DNA of 64,000 nucleotides from Octopus vulgaris. Taxonomy: Eukaryota. This document shows positions 50,210-64,000 of this stretch, one piece after another. The notes beneath the pieces are model-generated. The model was not told where the DNA came from. It ran no database searches and worked only from the letters and a program-made list of their open reading frames with translations. Position 1 is the first letter of the stretch. Each line of letters starts with the position of its first letter. The position numbers were made by a program, and so were the translations under genes. The DNA is taken from NCBI GenBank assembly GCA_951406725.2, contig OX597814.1, positions 121,024,001-121,088,000 on the forward strand, written 5' to 3'.

Positions 50210-51050
50210 TAGATAACTTAGATAAGTCATATTGGATTGGCCATCATCGGCCTAGGCTATGGAGAGGTCTTTTAAGTCCTGCTTCGGGATACCAGTGATC
50301 ATTTGAGCAAAGAGTTGTTGTAGGCTGAGACATATCCAGGTGTTGGTGATTTGTTTGATACTTCTTGGAGGAATCTGCCGTATTATTGTTTGAAAGTTTT
50401 GAGCTTCTATTTGATTTATTTCAGGTTAGCCTTTTGATAAATCGGGCCCACTTGAGGTTAAAATGCTGTGTCATAACGCTTTTATATGCTGTGAACTTGA
50501 TTTTTGTAGTTTCGATACCAGCATTGTTTGGATAATATTAGTGGAATATTTTCCACATCACACATATATTACAGCGCTCACAGTGGTGTAGGAGAGACTA
50601 GATTTTCAACGTTTTGAGGTGAGCCCAATATTCAAGGCCTGTCATGCAAATCATTCTTTATGACATTGGTGTAGACTTCAATCCTCATTACATTTTTAAT
50701 TATGTGATGGGGGACACAATATGCAGTAGTATTCGAAGTGAGACCTTGCAAACTTGGAGAGGAAAAGGATGATGCTTTTTATTATCTCTTGACCGAATAG
50801 TTATGACGATTCTTGAGCACATTTTGCGTGTCATATCGACAGTTTTGTTGATGTGTGCGCCCCAGCTAAGGTTGTTGTCGACACCTACGTCTCAGTATCT
50901 TATATTATTCGACGATACAACTAAGATGTCCGATGATACTTAATATGGTGGTTGCTTGTGTATGTCATCTTTTCCAAAGCAGATGTGTTCAAATTTTATC
51001 TCGTTCAGCTGCATACATTTTTGCGCCAACTTGATCACTGCATATAGATT
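50210..51050 (-). mobile_element. Older copy of the CR1-like LINE family (3' part)
   Basis: VDNNLSWGAHI...IRSRD..IILF..FARSHFEYYC parallels ORF 450-1301. ATCTAAGTT-type tail near 50212-50225. Confidence 0.7.
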
Positions 51051-52990
51051 TGATTGAATTTTCATTCGATCATGTACGCCCTTGATGACTTTTGGAAGCT
51101 TAGCGTCAACAACAAAGACTTTTATGACGCTACGTATGGTGAAATCTGCAATATCATTCTAATCTTTTACATAAAAACACCAACAACGATAAAAATATAC
51201 ATACTCCATATTACATACAAGGATAATATCACTAAACATTTGTAGATAACACTGTAGCAAGATTCAATTTGAACGATCACTACACGACATAGTAGACTAG
51301 TGATTTATATCTTCTGATATTCGGATTAAACCCACAGAAAAATGTTTAATAGTTAGTTCTTTTGATGTAAGAAAAGCATTTTAAAGCATTTTTATGTATT
51401 TAAAATATCTATTTACTTTTTCAAATGGAGAACATTTAAGAGAATTACTCAGTAGCGTAAATAGATTTGAAATCCCATATACATCCAACTCCTGTTTGAA
51501 ATATACGTTTCTATGTATATTTTATTCTTTCTAAGGTTAACCACATCCAAAACAGTTCATTTAACATTGTACGTATTCCCGTGATCAAGATAAGAGAAAT
51601 TTACCTGTTTACCTTAGACCTACTTTTATATCGTAATGTCAAAGAAACACTCCGAAGCTGTATTACAAGATCTAAGCAAAATTGATCCATTCAATTAAGA
51701 AAGTGGGTTTAGTAATACGTGCGAATTTCATTCTAAAGAAAACTCAAATTGAGTTTGTGCTTCTTTTGCAAAAATACTTTGTGTAGTGAATCATTTTGGA
51801 TACAAGACAGATAAGTTGATATATTTATGCCATAATATTGATAGTAGGGAATTTGGATATTCAGTAGGGGAAAACAAGCTTAAGGTCCATCTATGTGATT
51901 TGATTTTATTACTGTCAGAAAACCTAAATTTTCAATTTCATCGCCTAAACCTCATATTCTAACACTACATTGTAGTCGTACTCTCAACATGTCTACTGTT
52001 GTGTAACATTTCATATACACATCTAAGTTATATTTATCTCATGGATGTAAATATTCCCTTCGTGTTAAGAGGTCTAGCAATGTATATTTGAGCCACCGGA
52101 TGAAAAATGCTATAAATTCGCAACATATTTAAAACGTGACGTGTCCTTTTGTGAGTTGGAAAGGATATAACTGAATTAAAAGGAGGAAATGTCATAATAA
52201 TGCTACACATGTTTCCTTAAGTAGGGATTTTGTTCGCAGTTTTGTAGTTTATATTTATATTCTGACATTTCCCGGAAATAATTTACCGAAGTTTAATTAA
52301 AAAAGACCACATATGTTGTTCGCGGTTAATATCAAAGACGAAAATTGACACCATGAAGTAGAATTAAAACCATTTCTTTCTCTTTTATAGGAATATATCA
52401 TGCTGTAAAACAATTACCATTACTACTACGAAGATGATGATGAAAACGTATATATTTCAAGTTCATGTCATTTGAATTTGTTACAGTCACTTCTCAATAA
52501 TTTACAGCTAGACTTCAAAACTTTTTTTAGATTAGAATAGGAACAATGAAAGGATTATTTTGCTGTAATCACTATTAGATTGCTATAGATGTGTCCATGC
52601 ATAACAACTTAGAATATATAGATCACATTCTGTTATAGGATGAAAATAACTAAAGGCATGAAGCACAAAGTGGGCAATAGAAACAGTCAATAGCGATTAT
52701 TTAAGACTTCGATCGAAATGAAAATCCTATCTGGTGTTGATAATTTTGAAAAGTGAATCGCGTGCCCCAGCTGTTCAACAAATAAAGACGATTATTCAGG
52801 CACTGTGATGTTACCAACATAAGACAAAAAAAAAAAAATTGAAAGGGTGGCTATTGTCTTCTTAATGACCACAACCACTGAAAAGAAACCCAAATGTTTA
52901 TTCAATGCGTCTTATTTCTTTCTGGACGCTCTACAAATATAACGTTAACGATATGAGATGACGCGGCATTAATATTAATGATGATGCTAC

Positions 52991-53048
<58 letters not shown>

Positions 53049-53139
53049 TAATTATACATATATGTACACATAAATATATGTGTACATGTTATTTCGTATA
53101 GCAAAACTAGTTCATCACGAGTGTGCGCATTTGGAAAAA

Positions 53140-53282
53140 ATGACGATCTTGTGTCTACCAAATCTACTCACCAGGCTTTTTTCGGTCCGAGAATTTAGTA
53201 GAAAAAATCCACGTTGTTACGCAGTGGGACTAAAACCGGAATTGTACGATTCGGGTTCAAACTTCTTACTACACACCCGCGC
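53140..53282 (-). mobile_element. Decayed SINE head
   Basis: GTCTACCAAATCTACTCAC...GCAGTGGGACTAAACC matches the 46741 family. Confidence 0.6.
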
Positions 53283-53747
53283 ATCTGTGTATAGATTTTG
53301 ATTTATTTCTCTTTAATAACAGACTAATATCTGAAATATTAGATTTTCCTTCCTTACCACGTATCATCACATAGCTACTTAACATTTATCTCCGACGTTT
53401 ACGAGAGCATTCTACTGACGGTAAACACAAATTTCTTTGAGTTACGGAAATTATACATCAATAGCGACTTAAGCAACATTCGTTGCTTATACGCTGACTT
53501 TAATCAAATAATAGCAAAGAGGTATCAGAGATTTTCAGAAGTTCACGCCTATATTATACGAGTGTGAGTGAAGGCATATAATTACAAATAGGTATCTACA
53601 TATACACACATCATATATATCTGCTCTTGTATATATTCATACACGTTTGCGAGTATATGTGAGTGTGTGTGTCTTTCTAGTTCAAATTCACAGAAAACGA
53701 AAGACAAAGACAGGTGATGGAACAAGCATATGTATTATTTTATGTGC

Positions 53748-53779
<32 letters not shown>

Positions 53780-54086
53780 TGTATTTTTGTATTTTTATAC
53801 GTGCTACATCACCTGTTTTTCCGTTCTTGTTTTCGTATACATTCGATGCTTTTTTCCAAGGAATCTAATGCTCTTAGTTTAGTTTTTTTTCTTGGGGCTG
53901 GCTAGATTGGAGCAATCTGAAGGTTAATCAGCCGAAATTGCGAGGATGATCCGGTTCTTGACTGAGGATAAACAGCTTCGAATGACCCGTCCTTGTTTTT
54001 CTTTTATATCGTCTATCTGGATGTTTTGTTGTCCCCTTTTTGTATCACCTAGTTGTACGGATGTTTTGCGTTCTTGTCCCAATTTG

Positions 54087-54125
<39 letters not shown>

Positions 54126-54128
<3 letters not shown>

Positions 54129-54290
54129 GCAGGAGTAGCTGTGTGGTAAGTAGCTTGTTTACCAACCGCATGCTTTCGGGTTCAGTCCCACTGCGTGGCA
54201 CCTTGGGCAAGTGTCTTCTACTATAGCCTCGGGCCGACCAAAGCCTTGTGAGTGGATTTGGTAGACGGAAACTGGAAGAAGCCAGTCGTG
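54126..54290 (+). mobile_element. SINE head (duplicated at 57895-58056)
   Basis: GGCAGGAGTAGCTGTGTGGTAAG...GGGTTCAGTCCC. Confidence 0.88.
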
Positions 54291-54329
<39 letters not shown>

Positions 54330-54849
54330 GTGTGAGTGTGTGTGTGTGTGTGCGTGTGTGCGCGCGTGTGTGTGTGTATGCATATATGTATATACATAAA
54401 TACACGCATACATATACGCATATATACACACACACATACATACATACATACATACATACATACATACATACATACAATACAATACAAAGATATTCTTGAG
54501 TGACAGTTGGAAATAGACGTTTGAGAGTAAAGAATTTCAGATGATATGTTTTTAGGCAATAGCTATTACTAAATGCAAAAAAAAAAATCTAAGTGGAAAA
54601 GAATAATCGTATCGATCGGGGAAAGCTTAAAAAGTATGCAAAAATGTACATGTAGTTATAGAGAGAATAAGGATTGCATTGGCCTCTTAAATTGTCATGG
54701 GATAATGAATATTTTAATGGAATGTGTAAGATCAGCAAACAGTACAAGAAATACATGCTGTTTGTTCCATACTAAGGGATAAATAAATCATATTTAATTA
54801 TACTATGCAGCACACATAGACGCACACCAGCATGTACAAACACAGATAC

Positions 54850-57452
<2,603 letters not shown>

Positions 57453-57795
57453 ACATAAGGGGGATCAGCCATCTGAATGTGGCTAGGGTCAGGGCGGGGT
57501 GGTGGGGGTGTTACTGATGCATTTAGCGCCAGGCGAACATCAACGTATACGTTGATGCTTTTTTCCAAGGAATCTAATGCTCTTAGTTTAGTTTTTTTTC
57601 TTGGGGCTGGCAAGATTGGAGCAATCTGAAGGTTAATCAGCCGAAATTGCGAGGATGATCCGGTTCTTGACTGAGGATAAACAGCTTCGAATGACCCGTC
57701 CTTGTTTTTCTTTTATATCGTCTATCTGGATGTTTTGTTGTCCCCTTTTTGTATCACCTAGTTGTACGGATGTTTTGCGTTCTTGTCCCAATTTG

Positions 57796-57836
<41 letters not shown>

Positions 57837-57847
57837 TGAATTGAAGA

Positions 57848-57897
<50 letters not shown>

Positions 57898-58056
57898 GCA
57901 GGAGTAGCTGTGTAAGTAGCTTGTTTACCAACCGCATGCTTTCGGGTTCAGTCCCACTGCGTGGCACCTTGGGCAAGTGTCTTCTACTATAGCCTCGGGC
58001 CGACCAAAGCCTTGTGAGTGGATTTGGTAGACGGAAACTGGAAGAAGCCAGTCGTG

Positions 58057-58095
<39 letters not shown>

Positions 58096-58101
58096 GTGTG
58101 A

Positions 58102-58140
<39 letters not shown>

Positions 58141-58614
58141 TATGCATATATGTATATACATAAATACACGCATACATATACGCATATATACACACACACA
58201 TACATACATACATACATACATACATACATACATACATACAATACAATACAAAGATATTCTTGAGTGACAGTTGGAAATAGACGTTTGAGAGTAAAGAATT
58301 TCAGATGATATGTTTTTAGGCAATAGCTATTACTAAATGCAAAAAAAAAATCTAAGTGGAAAAGAATAATCGTATCGATCGGGGAAAGCTTAAAAAGTAT
58401 GCAAAAATGTACATGTAGTTATAGAGAGAATAAGGATTGCATTGGCCTCTTAAATTGTCATGGGATAATGAATATTTTAATGGAATGTGTAAGATCAGCA
58501 AACAGTACAAGAAATACATGCTGTTTGTTCCATACTAAGGGATAAATAAATCATATTTAATTATACTATGCAGCACACATAGACGCACACCAGCATGTAC
58601 AAACACAGATACAT

Positions 58615-60221
<1,607 letters not shown>

Positions 60222-60302
60222 TCCCGGGTTGATTCGGGGTTAACCACAGTAAGTAAGGTACTCAATACATAGCAGAGTAAAATTAATTTATTATATAGAA
60301 GG

Positions 60303-60353
60303 AGCTTCTACAGGACTAGTACTGTTTCATTCAAGAGAAATCTTCAGGAAGCT
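60303..60353 (-). ncRNA. Type I hammerhead ribozyme with full stem III
   Basis: Reverse complement of 63268-63318. Confidence 0.85.
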
Positions 60354-60737
60354 ATTTAACAAGAATTGTATTAGCATTTATACATTTAGAGGAGTGGTGG
60401 TGGGGGACTTTTTGGGGGTAGGCATAGCGCAAAATATCATACTTGGGGGGAGTGGTCAAGGTAATAAAAAAAATAAAAAAATAAAAAATAAAAAAAAAAA
60501 TAAAAGAATAAAAATAAAAAATATAAAAAATATAAAAAATATAAAAAATATAAAAAATATAAAAAATATATATAAAAAAATATATAAAAAAATATATATA
60601 TATAAAATATATATATAAAATATATATATATAAAAAAAAGGGGGGAAAGAGTTATAGGTAAATAAGGAGATTCTCACTTATACCTATACACACATGAATA
60701 CGTATCTACACACACATACGCACATACACATATATCT

Positions 60738-60794
<57 letters not shown>

Positions 60795-61172
60795 CCTACA
60801 CATACACACATACATACATACAAATATACATATACATACATATATATACAATCCAATACAGGCCCATTCCCTAATTTTAATTTTATTATCTTCATTTATT
60901 ACTTTTGTTATCTTTGATCGCTAAGGCTAAGAATCCTGGCAATAGCTGCTTGTCCGTTTGTCTGTCTACTAGAAGGCAAGTACTCATTCCCGCACGCACA
61001 CTCATTAGCACGTACATTCACCCATTCGTACACTCATACACATACACGTACGCACGCGTTATATTCATACATACAAACATCTACATACGTTCACGTATAT
61101 ACACATACGTACTCGTACCTACAGATTCGTGTCTACACTTTAGGAGGCTAGTCTATACATATACACCAATAA

Positions 61173-61204
<32 letters not shown>

Positions 61205-61254
61205 CGCACATACATACACACACACACATATATACTCCTACATACAGATACATA

Positions 61255-61304
<50 letters not shown>

Positions 61305-61730
61305 TATATACATACATACACATACATACACATACACACATACACACATACACACACATACATACACATATATATACATACCCAAACATATATACACACG
61401 CATATATATACATACACACATACACACATGTATATATATGTATATATGCATGCGTATGTGTATGTACATGTAGGTATGTATGTGTGTATATGTATATATG
61501 TCTATAAATGTGAGTATGTAGTAATATAAGTATATGCATGTGTATGTATGGGTATGTGTATCAGTGTATATGTATATATGTATATGTGTGTGTGTATGTA
61601 TATGTATGTATATGTGTATATATGTATGCGTATATGTGTATATATATATATATGTATATATATATATGTGTATATGTGTGTGTACGTATGTGTATGTGTA
61701 TGTATGTGTATATGTGTCTATGTATGTATA

Positions 61731-61796
<66 letters not shown>

Positions 61797-62075
61797 TGCG
61801 TGTGTGTATGTATGCATATATGTATGTATGCATGTATATGTGTATGTATATATATGTGTGTAAGTGTGTGCATATATGTATTTGTAAGTATGTGTGCGCG
61901 TATGAGTATGTATGTATGCTTGCACACGTGTATATATATATGTGTGTGTGTGTATTTATATGGATGCGCGTGCGTGTGTGCACGTGTATGGGTACGCATG
62001 TATATGTGTATGTGCGTGTATGCGTATACGTGTATGTATGTATGTGTGTGCGTAGATTTGTATATGTATGTGTGA

Positions 62076-62114
<39 letters not shown>

Positions 62115-62324
62115 TATAGATGGGTGTGTGTATGCGTATAAATGCATGTAAGTATGGATGTATAGATGTATGTATGTATGTATACGTATGTATGTGTGTA
62201 TGTGTGTATGTATATATATGCGTGTGTATATATGTTTGGGTATGTATATATATGTGTATGTATGTGTGTGTATGTGTGTATGTGTGTATGTGTATGTATG
62301 TGTATGTATGTATATATATATGTA

Positions 62325-62368
<44 letters not shown>

Positions 62369-62827
62369 TATGTATCTGTATGTAGGAGTATATATGTGTG
62401 TGTGTGTATGTATGTGCGGGTATATATATATATATATATATATGTATATTTATTGGTGTATATGTATAGACTAGCCTCCTAAAGTGTAGACACGAATCTG
62501 TAGGTACGAGTACGTATGTGTATATACGTGAACGTATGTAGATGTTTGTATGTATGAATATAACGCGTGCGTACGTGTATGTGTATGAGTGTACGAATGG
62601 GTGAATGTACGTGCTAATGAGTGTGCGTGCGGGAATGAGTACTTGCCTTCTAGTAGACAGACAAACGGACAAGCAGCTATTGCCAGGATTCTTAGCCTTA
62701 GCGATCAAAGATAACAAAAGTAATAAATGAAGATAATAAAATTAAAATTAGGGAATGGGCCTGTATTGGATTGTATATATATGTATGTATATGTATATTT
62801 GTATGTATGTATGTGTGTATGTGTAGG

Positions 62828-62884
<57 letters not shown>

Positions 62885-63267
62885 AGATATATGTGTATGT
62901 GCGTATGTGTGTGTAGATACGTATACATGTGTGTATAGGTATAAGTGAGAATCTCCTTATTTACCTATAACTCTTTCCCCCTTTTTTTTATATATATATA
63001 TTTTATATATATATTTTATATATATATATTTTTTTATATATTTTTTTATATATATTTTTTATATTTTTTATATTTTTTATATTTTTTATATTTTTTATAT
63101 TTTTTATTTTTATTCTTTTATTTTATTTTTTTATTTTTTATTTTTTTATTTTTTTATTACCTTGACCACTCCCCCAAGTATGATATTTTGCGCTATGCCT
63201 ACCCCCAAAAAAGTCCCCCACCACCACTCCTCTAAATGTATAAATGCTAATACAATTCTTGTTAAAT

Positions 63268-63318
63268 AGCTTCCTGAAGATTTCTCTTGAATGAAACAGT
63301 ACTAGTCCTGTAGAAGCT
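63268..63318 (+). ncRNA. Type I hammerhead ribozyme with full stem III
   Basis: AGCTTC-CTGAAGA-TTTC TCTT GAAT-GAAACAG TACTAGTC CTGTA^GAAGCT, with AATAAA ~10 nt downstream. Confidence 0.85.
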
Positions 63319-63329
63319 CCTTCTATATA

Positions 63330-64000
<671 letters not shown>

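Noticed and set aside
60474-60640. Regular 9-bp AAAAATATA array as a CRISPR-like structure
   Set aside because: Simple low-complexity minisatellite with no unique spacers.

Overview
AT-rich, microsatellite-laden animal genomic DNA. The SINE families, Dong/R4 LINEs in (TAA)n and huge (TA)n tracts suggest an Octopus species (inference from remembered repeat families, not a search). No host protein-coding gene is recognisable, and most long ORFs in the track are microsatellite artefacts. The window is a graveyard of CR1-like, RTE and Dong/R4 LINEs, Penelope-like elements (PLEs), mariner/maT transposons and tRNA-SINEs. Main candidate for a new system (2327-6417): a tandem ~360-bp structured repeat that carries a type I hammerhead ribozyme with a rare U3-A8 core (retrozyme-like). 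Two diverged ORF1-only Tx1/L1-type elements (Gag-like, CCHC knuckle, no RT) sit at the same site in successive units, one with a 13-14 bp target-site duplication. Also notable: a ~680-bp near-perfect hairpin with an extremely GC-rich core (34494-35175), a set of PLE-associated hammerheads with different core variants, a compact Pol II promoter in a PLE terminal repeat, a 3-kb inverted repeat with a hammerhead at each end, and a tandem duplication with giant (TA)n tracts.
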